IMG/VR virus record: IMGVR_UViG_3300020045_004730
Coordinates: 1 to 25,049 of that record
From: a virus
Taxonomy: Duplodnaviria > Caudoviricetes
Length of the DNA: 25,049 nucleotides
Reading direction: 5' to 3' (one strand)
Notes under the pieces: model-generated
What the model was told of the DNA's origin: nothing
What the model saw: only the letters and a program-made list of their open reading frames with translations
Databases searched by the model: none
Position numbers and translations under genes: made by a program
In this document: positions 7,880 through 17,188 of the stretch, one piece after another
Position numbering within the stretch: the stretch's first letter is position 1
How the letters are laid out: every line of letters begins with the position of its first letter

Positions 7880-7918
7880 ACCGCTTCGATTTCGGTGTTA
7901 GGGTTGGGGCGGTTTTTT
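7880..7918 (+). terminator. intrinsic terminator-like hairpin rich in G-U pairs
   Basis: ACCGCTTCGATTT (7880-7892) pairs with GGGTTGGGGCGGT (7901-7913): 13 bp including 6 G-U pairs, followed by a T-run. Confidence 0.65.
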
Positions 7919-7947
7919 AGACTCAATCTAAAGTAGATTTATTTAGA

Positions 7948-8217
7948 ATGGCAAAAGAAAAAGGAAGTCCAAAAACAGGAGGGAGAAAAGAAGGGGTTTC
8001 TAATAAAGTAACTACCGAGATTCGAGATATGTTTAAACTTATAGTTGAAAACAATCTTGAGGGATTGCAAGCGGATATGGAATCCTTACAACCTGCCGAA
8101 AGAGTAAAGTACACTTTAGATATGGCAAAGTTTTGCTTACCTACTTTAAAAGCAATTGACTATACCGGGAAAGTAGAAATTTCAGAAAAACCAAATATTA
8201 TATTTAAAAAGAAATAA
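7948..8217 (+). CDS. terS: terminase small subunit
   Basis: KTGGRKEGVSNKVT N-terminal motif typical of small terminases; immediately upstream of terL. Confidence 0.75.
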   Translation: MAKEKGSPKTGGRKEGVSNKVTTEIRDMFKLIVENNLEGLQADMESLQPAERVKYTLDMAKFCLPTLKAIDYTGKVEISEKPNIIFKKK

Positions 8218-8219
8218 TA

Positions 8220-9503
8220 GTGGATGTTGAGTTTTCAGAAAAATATGAGCCTTTATTTAATTTGCTTTTAGAAAACGATTCGAAATTAAAAAACATCGAT
8301 ACAGTTTTAATAAGCGGAGGACGTGATTCTGGTAAAACATTTGCATTAGGCTGTTTCGTTGGTGTAGGAGCTGCACAATTTAATCACAGAATACTGTTTA
8401 CAAGACAAACAATGTCATCTACTGACAACAGTATTACACAAGCATTAGATAATCGATTAGAACTACTTAAAATCGATTCTTTTTTTGAATTTGCTAATAA
8501 CAATTATCGTGTTAAAAATAGCAAAGGTAAAATTTCAATCACAGGACAAAAGACAAGCGTAGGAACACAAACTGCAAAGTTAAAATCTTTAGAGGATTAC
8601 TCTATGTTTATAACTGATGAGGGTGAAGAGTTAACCGGATATGATGATTGGGTAAAAATAAAACGCTCAATAAGAGCAAACGATGTTCAATGTTTATCAA
8701 TCATTTCTTTTAATCCACCTACTAAAAACCATTGGTTATACAAAGAGTTTTACGAAAAAGTACCGGAGGGTTTTAATGGGATAGTCGGCAATGTTCTATA
8801 CATTCATACTACATATTTAGATAACGGTAAAGAAAATATGGCTTTGCATAATTGGAATGAGTACGAAAGATTAAGAACCGTTTACGAATATTATTTAAGT
8901 TTATCAGTTGATGAAAGAAGTCAATTACCTAAAAAAACTATCCGGGAATATAAAAACTATAAAAATACAATCCTTGGAGGGTTTAGAGATGCTGCCGAGG
9001 GAATAATATTTGACTATACTATTGGTGATTTTGTTGATGGAGCTTACGCAAATGTTTACGGAATGGATCAAGGATTTAACGACCCTACTACATTGGTTAA
9101 AATAAACGTAGATAAAAAACGTAGAAAAATATATCTACACGAATGCTATTATAAAACAGGCAAAACCGAAACGGATATTTTTAACGAAATAAAAGAAGAA
9201 GTTGGTAAAAATCGTATTTGGTGCGATAGTGCAGTACCTATGCTTATAACCGGATTGTATAGAAAAGGATTAAATATTAAGTCTTGCGACAAACCAAAGA
9301 TAATGGATTCAATTAATGTTATTTTGGATTACGAAATAATAGTAACTCCTGATTCTGTTAATCTAATCAATGAATTAAACAATTATAGATGGTCAGACAA
9401 ACGACAAGATGAGCCTATTGATGCTTTTAATCACGCTATAGATGCGGCTCGTTATGCTATTATTCACAAAATAAAAGAAAAAACTTCCCAAGTAATTATA
9501 TAA
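8220..9503 (+). CDS. terL: terminase large subunit (PBSX-like)
   Basis: GGRDSGKT Walker A, ITDEGEE Walker B, SFNPP coupling motif, RNase H-like nuclease GMDQGFNDP...DSA...NHAIDAARY; GTG start. Confidence 0.93.
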   Translation: MDVEFSEKYEPLFNLLLENDSKLKNIDTVLISGGRDSGKTFALGCFVGVGAAQFNHRILFTRQTMSSTDNSITQALDNRLELLKIDSFFEFANNNYRVKNSKGKISITGQKTSVGTQTAKLKSLEDYSMFITDEGEELTGYDDWVKIKRSIRANDVQCLSIISFNPPTKNHWLYKEFYEKVPEGFNGIVGNVLYIHTTYLDNGKENMALHNWNEYERLRTVYEYYLSLSVDERSQLPKKTIREYKNYKNTILGGFRDAAEGIIFDYTIGDFVDGAYANVYGMDQGFNDPTTLVKINVDKKRRKIYLHECYYKTGKTETDIFNEIKEEVGKNRIWCDSAVPMLITGLYRKGLNIKSCDKPKIMDSINVILDYEIIVTPDSVNLINELNNYRWSDKRQDEPIDAFNHAIDAARYAIIHKIKEKTSQVII

Positions 9504-9508
9504 ATCAT

Positions 9509-9516
9509 TAAATTTG
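9509..9516 (+). promoter_or_regulatory. possible -7 promoter element upstream of the tail module
   Basis: TAAATTTG lies in the 23-nt intergenic gap; no TTG at the -33 position. Confidence 0.35.
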
Positions 9517-9532
9517 AAACAAATATATGATT

Positions 9533-9745
9533 ATGGCAAAACCAAAAACAAAATTACCATTAGGCATAAGCCTTGGTAAGCACGAACAAAAACTGTTTTT
9601 AAAATCAAAGTTCCCTTTTTTAAAGTCCGATTTTAGGGCGTTGGATAAAAAAGAAATCAAGTCAGAAAAAGTTTTTAAAGAACTGTTTGGGGATATTGAT
9701 TTTGTCGATGGATGGTTACAGGCGGTTTATTTTTATCAAAATTAG
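9533..9745 (+). CDS. hypothetical basic protein (about 70 aa)
   Basis: ORF track (start 9527); ATG at 9533 is an alternative start. Confidence 0.65.
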   Translation: MAKPKTKLPLGISLGKHEQKLFLKSKFPFLKSDFRALDKKEIKSEKVFKELFGDIDFVDGWLQAVYFYQN

Positions 9746-9747
9746 GT

Positions 9748-10182
9748 ATGAAGTACAGTAGCAAAAACGATATTCCTTATTTAAAGTTCTTGGAATTTTC
9801 AGCAGCTATCGAGGGTAAAGAGAATGATGATGCGTTTGTGGCTTATGTGGTGCAGAAAATGTTTAATCCTGATAGTTTGGAAGAGTTTGCATTGGCATTG
9901 AAAACAGACAAACCATTTAAGCAACCATTCACGATTGAATATAATTTTCACAAGGCACACGAGTTTATCGATGCCGATACCTATTTGACAGATGGAGATA
10001 CTTTAGATTTGTTAAAACTATTAATAAAACCTAAATACGTATGGCAAAGGATTAATTGGAATGCAATCACATACGCACAAGCCGAATTTGTTATTAACCT
10101 TTTTCAAAGAGCCAAACTGATATTAAAGCGAGATTTGAATACATTTACAACCCGCCAACCTCGTTCAGTACAGCAGATATAA
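9748..10182 (+). CDS. putative tail assembly chaperone, short form (gpG-like)
   Basis: ATG at 9748 lies 2 nt after the upstream stop; contains C CTT TTT (10098-10104) where a long -1 frame opens. Confidence 0.55.
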   Translation: MKYSSKNDIPYLKFLEFSAAIEGKENDDAFVAYVVQKMFNPDSLEEFALALKTDKPFKQPFTIEYNFHKAHEFIDADTYLTDGDTLDLLKLLIKPKYVWQRINWNAITYAQAEFVINLFQRAKLILKRDLNTFTTRQPRSVQQI

Positions 10183-10367
10183 CACAGGGTAGTATTTTAA
10201 GGGATGAGTTTACAAAAACTTACAATCCTTATTCTGAAATAATTTTCATCTTATTGCAGTTTAAAATCTGTAATTGTGTGAATGATGTTTTAGAAATGAA
10301 AACAGAAGATTTTTTATATTGGGGGAATAATTTATTGCATAGGCGATATGTAGAAACTGTAAAATAA
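10098..10367 (+). CDS. -1 frame extension of the 9748 gene (gpGT-like fusion, about 206 aa in total)
   Basis: 89 sense codons (PFSKSQTDIKARFEYIYNPP...RRYVETVK) with no early start codon; TAA at 10365-10367 abuts the next ATG at 10368. Confidence 0.7.
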   Translation, partial: PFSKSQTDIKARFEYIYNPPTSFSTADITQGSILRDEFTKTYNPYSEIIFILLQFKICNCVNDVLEMKTEDFLYWGNNLLHRRYVETVK

Positions 10368-10820
10368 ATGAACGAAATAACTTTAGTAAACAATTGGGTA
10401 ATTGATGAGTTTGATAGTAACAATCTTGTCAATACAATTTCTATTGTTCCGACACAAGAAATTGACGGTAATAAAGAAAATGTTTATCCATTGGTTAATG
10501 TTGATTTAAAGCAGTCCGATGTTAACGGCGATGTTGTTATTATTTCATTTGAAATTACAGTTGTTCAGCAAAGGGAAACTAATCCAAAAGCAACCGATTC
10601 AAAATTATTGAACGACACTAATTATTTGGATAACCTAAACGAAACACACTCAATTTGCCAAAGGTTTATAAATGTATTGCAGAACCAAAACAACGCATTG
10701 AATATAGAAATTGAAACGGTAACTAAATTAAGAAAGCTAAATAATTGGAGCCGTTCGGGTTTGGATGGCTTTGTATTTACAATAGATTTATCAATTCCTA
10801 ATCTTGGCAGGTCGTGTTAG
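10368..10820 (+). CDS. putative tail completion/terminator protein
   Basis: 150 aa with a YPLVNV motif and alternating beta/alpha pattern; tail-module context. Confidence 0.55.
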   Translation: MNEITLVNNWVIDEFDSNNLVNTISIVPTQEIDGNKENVYPLVNVDLKQSDVNGDVVIISFEITVVQQRETNPKATDSKLLNDTNYLDNLNETHSICQRFINVLQNQNNALNIEIETVTKLRKLNNWSRSGLDGFVFTIDLSIPNLGRSC

Positions 10821-11203
10821 CGGAAGCGGAAATCCGAGCGATTGCGCAAACGATAGTTGATAAAGCTAAATCGACAGCGCACGTTGACCAGGGTTCATTA
10901 CGTAAATCGATTGCTTATACATACAGTCGTGGAGTTGTTACATTTCGTGAATTGTATTATGGTCAATGGAATGATAACTCACAATTAGAAAAATATGCAA
11001 ATAATTGGATGCCAAACGGTGTAGCTTGGAAGATTATTTATACCAAATTAGGTGGCGAAGAGTATGAAGTCGGAAAAACAAAACAAGGCAGGCAAACACA
11101 AAGAAAAGCCGTTGCGGTTGCTGTTCGTAATTCGACAAATAATATTAAGGCTTTGATAGCTTCGATACGTAGAAAAAAAGAAAATGGCAAAGAGAAGAAG
11201 TAA
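10814..11203 (+). CDS. putative neck/tail-completion protein (HK97 gp10-like), paralog 1
   Basis: AHVDQGSLRKSI resembles the PVDTGxLRxSI signature; basic; GTG start. Confidence 0.55.
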   Translation: MLAEAEIRAIAQTIVDKAKSTAHVDQGSLRKSIAYTYSRGVVTFRELYYGQWNDNSQLEKYANNWMPNGVAWKIIYTKLGGEEYEVGKTKQGRQTQRKAVAVAVRNSTNNIKALIASIRRKKENGKEKK

Positions 11204-11516
11204 AGAGCAGTTACAATCTGACAGAATTATTAAAGCCGAGTTAATTAAATTAGGTGACGATATTTTGGAAGTTGCTATTCCAAGAAGCCGAAGAGATACC
11301 GGGCGTTTGCAAGATGAAATGAATAAACGTGTTGATCCTGATACAACACTCACAATGTATCAAATGTATTACGGTCAATACAACTATCCAAAAGGACAGG
11401 ATAGCGGAGAAAAGAACGCTTTGTTAATTACAATGAATGAAATGATACCGGATGCCACAAAAAGAATTATAAAGAATATTAACGATGTGATTAACGCACC
11501 TTTTAAAGATAAATAA
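11184..11516 (+). CDS. putative neck/tail-completion protein (HK97 gp10-like), paralog 2
   Basis: SRRDTGRLQDEM signature; shares YYGQ(W/Y)N with the upstream gene. Confidence 0.55.
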   Translation: MAKRRSKEQLQSDRIIKAELIKLGDDILEVAIPRSRRDTGRLQDEMNKRVDPDTTLTMYQMYYGQYNYPKGQDSGEKNALLITMNEMIPDATKRIIKNINDVINAPFKDK

Positions 11517-12679
11517 TGGCAGCACCTACTACTTTACCGATTGAAGATAGAACGATTATAGATAACGCAGCAAGGATATATTTTACCAATAGTCCTATTC
11601 ATTTAAGAGTTCAAAATTCATTACAGGACAATTCTATTTTGTCGGCAATCGTTTACCTATGGATTTGGAACGGTGAGCAGGATGCAGTTTTGGGAGCGGC
11701 TAATTTTACACTCTTCAAAGATAAAGTTTCAGCACAAGATGACTACATTAATTTCCAAGTTGCCGACTTAATAAAACCGTTTATTAACCCACAATTTGCA
11801 TACAATGAACTTACTAATCCTGCTATAGTAAACCAGGGCGTATTCTGGCAAGTTGTTATTGATATTACTTCGACAGCAGGAACAGTAAGAACAAATTACC
11901 ATACCAATTTTGCTACACTTGGTTATCGTTGGAATTACGAACAAACAGCAACCGGAAACAATGGATTGTCTAATTATGGCAGCGCAGGATTTTTAGAACC
12001 TGTTAACCGATATTATGACAACAAAATTCATAACTACATAGTGCAATCTTTTAATCTTGAAAATCCAATAGATACAGCAAACACTACTAATATGATTATT
12101 GTTACTGATGTAGTACCTGCTTCGCCTTGGATACGTTGCGCAAAGGAAACAACTTTGATAGTGTTTTTGAATAAATTAGGTTTATATGAAATGTTTACTT
12201 CATTTGGTAAAGTAACTGTTCAGACGAAAATAGATAGAGAAATATCAAACAGCGGTTTTCGTGATCCGTCACAAATCGACAATACTTATATTCATTCTAA
12301 ACAACAAAACAGTTTAGAAGTAGAACAGTCTTACGTTATCAATACAGGAATGATTACGGAAGATATGGATTCGATTGTTGAAGAGATTATTTATAGTCCA
12401 AAGGTGTATATCATTAAATTTAAAGGCGATTTGAATTTAACTACTACAGTAGGCATAACGGTAGATAATACTTTCATTACTGTTGATGACACGACTATTA
12501 CAGTTGATAGCGAAACGGTAACCGATGAATCAGTTGGCAAATATAAAACTCATCAACAAATCCCTGTAATGGTTAGTGATTCTGACTTTTTAAGAAAAAC
12601 AAGGATTAATGACAAGGTTGCTATTGATTATAATATTAAATTTGACGAAACTAACAATAAGCTCCTTTCAATAAGATGA
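11516..12679 (+). CDS. virion structural / distal tail-like protein
   Basis: 387 aa, beta-rich, FLNKLGLYEMF-type motif; tail-module context. Confidence 0.6.
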   Translation: MAAPTTLPIEDRTIIDNAARIYFTNSPIHLRVQNSLQDNSILSAIVYLWIWNGEQDAVLGAANFTLFKDKVSAQDDYINFQVADLIKPFINPQFAYNELTNPAIVNQGVFWQVVIDITSTAGTVRTNYHTNFATLGYRWNYEQTATGNNGLSNYGSAGFLEPVNRYYDNKIHNYIVQSFNLENPIDTANTTNMIIVTDVVPASPWIRCAKETTLIVFLNKLGLYEMFTSFGKVTVQTKIDREISNSGFRDPSQIDNTYIHSKQQNSLEVEQSYVINTGMITEDMDSIVEEIIYSPKVYIIKFKGDLNLTTTVGITVDNTFITVDDTTITVDSETVTDESVGKYKTHQQIPVMVSDSDFLRKTRINDKVAIDYNIKFDETNNKLLSIR

Positions 12680-14922
12680 CACAACTAACCGAAGTATTTG
12701 TTTCGCAAGATGGATTGAACTATGTAAAATTAGATTTATATAAAAATGAATCTATTATTATGAAGTACACTTCAAAAGATTTGCAGGATATTTCTAAAAT
12801 ATTTTCGCCTTATTCTTTATCGTTTGTATTTCCTGCAACCCCTAAAAATAGAATGGCATTTGGTTTCTTTGGCGATACTGATGTAATAAAAATAGTTGAA
12901 GAGAATAAATTTCCTTGTAAAGTTTATACGGACGGTATTTTGAATTTGACAGGATTTGTTCAATTGTCAGATTTGAAATATAAGAACAACGTGCCTATTG
13001 ATTTTACAGGCGGATTTACTACTTCAATGACAAATCTTAAAGACAGGATTGGAGAAGATTACTTAACCGACTTAACAAGTGATCCGTGTGTTATCGAATG
13101 GACTTACAAAAACGTGGAAACTTTAATAAATGGAGCAGCTAATAAAACGGTTGATGGAATCCAAATATCTTATTTTGTTCCATTAATTTCAAATAATAGA
13201 GTTTGGCAATTCGATGCAAACATATCAAGCGGAGCAAAGGACAATATCGCTTGGGATTCAATCGTATTGCCAACTTCAAACAATCTTATTTTATCTACAG
13301 AATTAAGACCTTGTATTTCGTTTAGTACAATCATTGAATTGATTAAGAAAAAGTACGCTTTGCAAGTATTCGCACCATTAGACAGTCGACCAGAGTACAA
13401 GGATTTAATGATTTGGTGTACAGGTGAAAAAATGTTTAATGAAGCCTTGACTTTACTTACTATAAAATCAGCATTTGGAGGGTTATATTTTTACGATGCC
13501 AAAAACGAGGGCGGCATTCCTGACCCAAAGAAGTACACGGTATCAAATAATCTATTAGACGGTAGTTTTAAAGTAATAAAAAGAGCTTCACCATTCCCAA
13601 ACGAGGGTGAATATAACAACTTTTTTACATTTAAAATCGATTTTCAAGGCGTTGTTGTGACAGGTGATAATTCAGACCCGAAAGTAAACATACAAATCAA
13701 ACGAAAAGGCACGAATGAAACGTTAGTGGGTGGGCAATTTGATATTACAGGCAGTACTTTAAGCTGCTCTTTACAGCTAAATGATACTTTTTTTATCGCA
13801 AATGAGATTGAATTTCAATGTTATGCACAATTTAATCAACCTACAACGTGGACAAATTGCGAATACAAAGTTGAGTTTAGATATTACGATGGTAAAACAG
13901 GGTTTTTAAATTCAAAAGAGTATGCTACTTATGGTTACGCAAGTACGCCAAACAATAACAGTATTGATTTGGGTGCGCAAAAAGTTGACTTAATAAAGTC
14001 TTTACCAAAAACAAAGGTTGTTGACTTCTTGCAGTCTTATTTCAAAATGTTTAATATTTCAGTATTTGATACTTCGCCAAACAATGAGAATTTATTTTGG
14101 TTAACTCCAGAAGATATTCAAACAAGTGGTTTAGAATATTCAAAACGTGAAATTGATTACACGCCTTTTGTCGATGTTAAAGAATTTACAAAAAGCACGT
14201 CAAGCGATTACAACTATTACAATTTCAAACACGCCGCTTCAAAATATAGAAGTAATGTAGATTATTTGCAGGCAGCAGGATTAGAATATGGACAATTAAC
14301 TAACCCAGCAATTAAACCAACAACGCCAAAAGAATACAAAGTAGAAACTACATTCTCAATTATTCCACCTGTTACGATTGTTGGAACGGCAGATATTTTA
14401 ACCGCTTACGGTTTCAATTCAGATGCAGGCGAAGTAAATGACGATGGAGAAACAAGGTATAAACCAAACTTTGATGAATTGACAATCTTTTATAACGATG
14501 GAAATACGCCACTATCCAAAACATTAGGCTATCGGTCAACAAATACTATCGGAGCTTTATTGAATGTGAAGTTAAATAGTTATATGAAAGTAACGCCCTG
14601 GAGCAAATTAAATCAAAGTGTAGCATTTTCAATATTGGTTAATCTTGGAATACAATATCCTGTCAATCTATATTCAAAATATTACAACAGCCAAATTGCA
14701 AGATTATTAAATCCAAATGTATTATCACAAGCATTTAAACTAACTTTACCGAGTTCCGAAATGTATCTGAATGAAGCGACAACAGGACAAGGAAATGGAG
14801 CAACGCCAACAGGGTTCAGGCTTCAAAATGATATTGTAGTAATGGAGAATAGATTTACTATATTAGATGCTCAAATTGATATTACAACAGGAAAAACTTC
14901 TTTAACCTTACTTAATTTTTAG
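12676..14922 (+). CDS. minor tail / tail-tip hub protein
   Basis: 748 aa; N-terminus LDLY...QDISKIFSPYSLSFVFPATPKN and DFLQSYFKMFN resemble Bacteroidota siphovirus tail proteins. Confidence 0.65.
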   Translation: MTQLTEVFVSQDGLNYVKLDLYKNESIIMKYTSKDLQDISKIFSPYSLSFVFPATPKNRMAFGFFGDTDVIKIVEENKFPCKVYTDGILNLTGFVQLSDLKYKNNVPIDFTGGFTTSMTNLKDRIGEDYLTDLTSDPCVIEWTYKNVETLINGAANKTVDGIQISYFVPLISNNRVWQFDANISSGAKDNIAWDSIVLPTSNNLILSTELRPCISFSTIIELIKKKYALQVFAPLDSRPEYKDLMIWCTGEKMFNEALTLLTIKSAFGGLYFYDAKNEGGIPDPKKYTVSNNLLDGSFKVIKRASPFPNEGEYNNFFTFKIDFQGVVVTGDNSDPKVNIQIKRKGTNETLVGGQFDITGSTLSCSLQLNDTFFIANEIEFQCYAQFNQPTTWTNCEYKVEFRYYDGKTGFLNSKEYATYGYASTPNNNSIDLGAQKVDLIKSLPKTKVVDFLQSYFKMFNISVFDTSPNNENLFWLTPEDIQTSGLEYSKREIDYTPFVDVKEFTKSTSSDYNYYNFKHAASKYRSNVDYLQAAGLEYGQLTNPAIKPTTPKEYKVETTFSIIPPVTIVGTADILTAYGFNSDAGEVNDDGETRYKPNFDELTIFYNDGNTPLSKTLGYRSTNTIGALLNVKLNSYMKVTPWSKLNQSVAFSILVNLGIQYPVNLYSKYYNSQIARLLNPNVLSQAFKLTLPSSEMYLNEATTGQGNGATPTGFRLQNDIVVMENRFTILDAQIDITTGKTSLTLLNF

Positions 14923-14924
14923 CA

Positions 14925-16811
14925 ATGGCAGACGAAAATAACATAGAGCAAAAAATAAAATTAACCTACGAAACCAACGCAGACCAGACAGGCAAAGAGG
15001 TTAATGCGTTAGCTGGCGCTGTTGACAATGTTACCGATAGTCAGCAAGCGAATGACGCACAGACTAAAAAGACAAACGAGGGGTTAAAAACATTTAAATC
15101 ACAGTTAAGAGAAGCTAATCAGGAATTGATGAAGCAGGCTCAATTGTATGGTGAAACTTCAAAAGAAGCAGTTACAGCGGCTAAAAAAGTAGCCGACTTA
15201 AAAGACCAGATGCAATTCTCAAAAGATTTGGTTGATAACTTTAACCCCGACCAAAAATTTAAGGCACTTGGAGCAGCTACACAAATAGCAGCAACCGCAA
15301 CGAGCGGGTTAGTATCTGGTATGGCTTTGTTTGGCGACCAGAGCGAACAGACCGAAAAAGCATTATTAAAAGTACAGGCGGCAATGGCTTTTAGTGATGC
15401 AATTAGTGGACTGTCAAATCTTGGCGACCAATGGAAAACATTAAAAACAGTTATCGCAAGTAGTACAATTGTAACCGCAGCGAACACGGCAGCGACCACA
15501 GTAAGTGCGGGTGTAATGGGTTTATTTGGGGGCGCAGTAGATGCAACGGCAGTTAGTTTTAAATTATTGAAAGGCGCAATTATAGCCACAGGAATTGGAG
15601 CTTTGGTAATTGGATTGGTTGCGATATATCAAAACTTCGATGCGATTAAAAAAGTAGTGTTTAATCTTGTTCCTGGATTGGAGGGCGTTGCCGATGGTGT
15701 AATGGATATTGTAAATGCCGTAACTGATTTTATAGGAGTTACAAGTGAAGCAGGCAGGGCGCAAGATAGGTTAAAAGCGAATGCCGATGCTTCTTTGGCA
15801 TTGAATAAAAAGTTTTTATCTGAACACGAAAGCCAATTAGATGAGTTCACTAAACAGAAAATAGAAGCTAAAAACAAATATAGTGAAGCAGTAAAAGAAG
15901 ATGGCGCAAATCAAGTGGCACTTGCGCAGGAATTAAATAGAAAATTAGCGGCTATTGAATACAGCCGTGGCGATGAATCTCGGAAAATAGCGCAACAAAA
16001 CGCAGAAAAGGCAGCAGCAGAAGAGAAAGCTCGAAGAGAAAAAGCGGCAGAGGATGCGAAAAAGGCAGCCGATGACAAATTAAAAGCCGAAAGGCAGGCA
16101 ATGTATGATGCTAATCAGGATTTTATCCAAGTGCAAGCCGATATAAAAGCCGATAGCGACGAAAGAAAAGAAGAGCAAGCCGCAAAAGATGAGGAAGAGG
16201 GTAAGAACAAAATGGATCAAATTGTTTTTGATGCCGAAAAGCAAATTGAAATTGATAAATATGTTTTAGAACAAAAGAAAGCTAATCAATCAGGGTTAAT
16301 GTCGGTAGCTGAACAAGGTATTTCTTTATTAAAAGGGATATTTGGAAAATCTAAAGCAGTTCAGAAAGCCGCTATTATTGCCGAGAATGCTATTGGTATT
16401 GGAAAAACGGTTATTAATACAATGACCGGAAACGCTGCGGCACTCGCACAGGGTATTGTACAAGCAGGACCAATAATAGGTCCCGGTATTGCTGCCCCTG
16501 CAATTGCATTAAATACAATAAGCGGTGGTATTTCGGTAGCGGGAAGTATTGCGGCTACAGCAAAAGCATTACAAGCGGTTGGCGGTGGTTCGGCAGGAGG
16601 TGCATCTATTCCTAATTCTCCAAGGGGTAGTGGTGGTTCTACTTCGGCAGCCCCACAAGTTTCATTTCAAGCATCAAGCGAAAACCAAATAGCCAATACC
16701 ATTTCACAATCACAAAATACAATGCCAAAAGTAGAAGCGTTTGTTGTGGAAAGTTCAATGACAAAAGCACAAGATTTAAGTAAGAAAAAAATAGTAGCAA
16801 ATTCATTTTAA
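14925..16811 (+). CDS. tail tape measure protein
   Basis: 628 aa, Ala/Gly-rich helical protein with coiled coils, a hydrophobic GAIIATGIGALVIGLVAI segment and a C-terminal AFVVESSMT motif. Confidence 0.85.
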   Translation: MADENNIEQKIKLTYETNADQTGKEVNALAGAVDNVTDSQQANDAQTKKTNEGLKTFKSQLREANQELMKQAQLYGETSKEAVTAAKKVADLKDQMQFSKDLVDNFNPDQKFKALGAATQIAATATSGLVSGMALFGDQSEQTEKALLKVQAAMAFSDAISGLSNLGDQWKTLKTVIASSTIVTAANTAATTVSAGVMGLFGGAVDATAVSFKLLKGAIIATGIGALVIGLVAIYQNFDAIKKVVFNLVPGLEGVADGVMDIVNAVTDFIGVTSEAGRAQDRLKANADASLALNKKFLSEHESQLDEFTKQKIEAKNKYSEAVKEDGANQVALAQELNRKLAAIEYSRGDESRKIAQQNAEKAAAEEKARREKAAEDAKKAADDKLKAERQAMYDANQDFIQVQADIKADSDERKEEQAAKDEEEGKNKMDQIVFDAEKQIEIDKYVLEQKKANQSGLMSVAEQGISLLKGIFGKSKAVQKAAIIAENAIGIGKTVINTMTGNAAALAQGIVQAGPIIGPGIAAPAIALNTISGGISVAGSIAATAKALQAVGGGSAGGASIPNSPRGSGGSTSAAPQVSFQASSENQIANTISQSQNTMPKVEAFVVESSMTKAQDLSKKKIVANSF

Positions 16812-16823
16812 AAACAAACAATT

Positions 16824-17000
16824 ATGAAAACAACATTTAGTAAAAAGGATTTAGTAAAGTTTGGGAATTATTTACTTTCAAGCGAAAGGAGCAATAAGTT
16901 TGAAGAAAGACAAACGGGACTTTCTATTCCAGAAAGAAAGGGAAGAGTTACCGACGCTGATATTGCAAACTTCATAGAGAAAATAAAAGAAGTTGATTAG
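16824..17000 (+). CDS. small hypothetical protein (58 aa, MKTTFSKKDLVKFGNYLLS...VTDADIANF), not in the ORF track
   Basis: AAACAATTATG start, TAG at 16998-17000; converges on the HTH gene with a 4-nt overlap. Confidence 0.75.
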   Translation: MKTTFSKKDLVKFGNYLLSSERSNKFEERQTGLSIPERKGRVTDADIANFIEKIKEVD

Positions 17001-17188
17001 TTTTTCTTGATTGACAAAACTATGTCGCAACCACACGCCTTTGCAATAAGTCTTAATGATTTTAGCGAGGGCGTTTGTGCGTGTAAATATCTACTAATTT
17101 GAGTTTCAGAAATCCCGCTTTTAATGGAAATCATTTTTTGCGACATTCCACTAAACACAATAAGTTGTTTTAATATTGCTTTTTCCAT
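16997..17188 (-). CDS. XRE/Cro-family helix-turn-helix regulator
   Basis: MSQKMISIKSGISETQISRYL...PSLKSLRLIAKAC is a classic HTH_3 pattern. Confidence 0.85.
   Translation of the reverse strand: MEKAILKQLIVFSGMSQKMISIKSGISETQISRYLHAQTPSLKSLRLIAKACGCDIVLSIKKN

Noticed and set aside
9743-9745. Stop-codon (TAG) reassignment as in some Bacteroidota phages
   Set aside because: Genes are intact and tightly packed under the standard code; several TAGs fall at natural gene ends next to downstream starts.
10229-10432. Minus-strand 67-aa ORF in the apparent gap
   Set aside because: The gap is better explained by the plus-strand -1 frame extension at 10098-10367.
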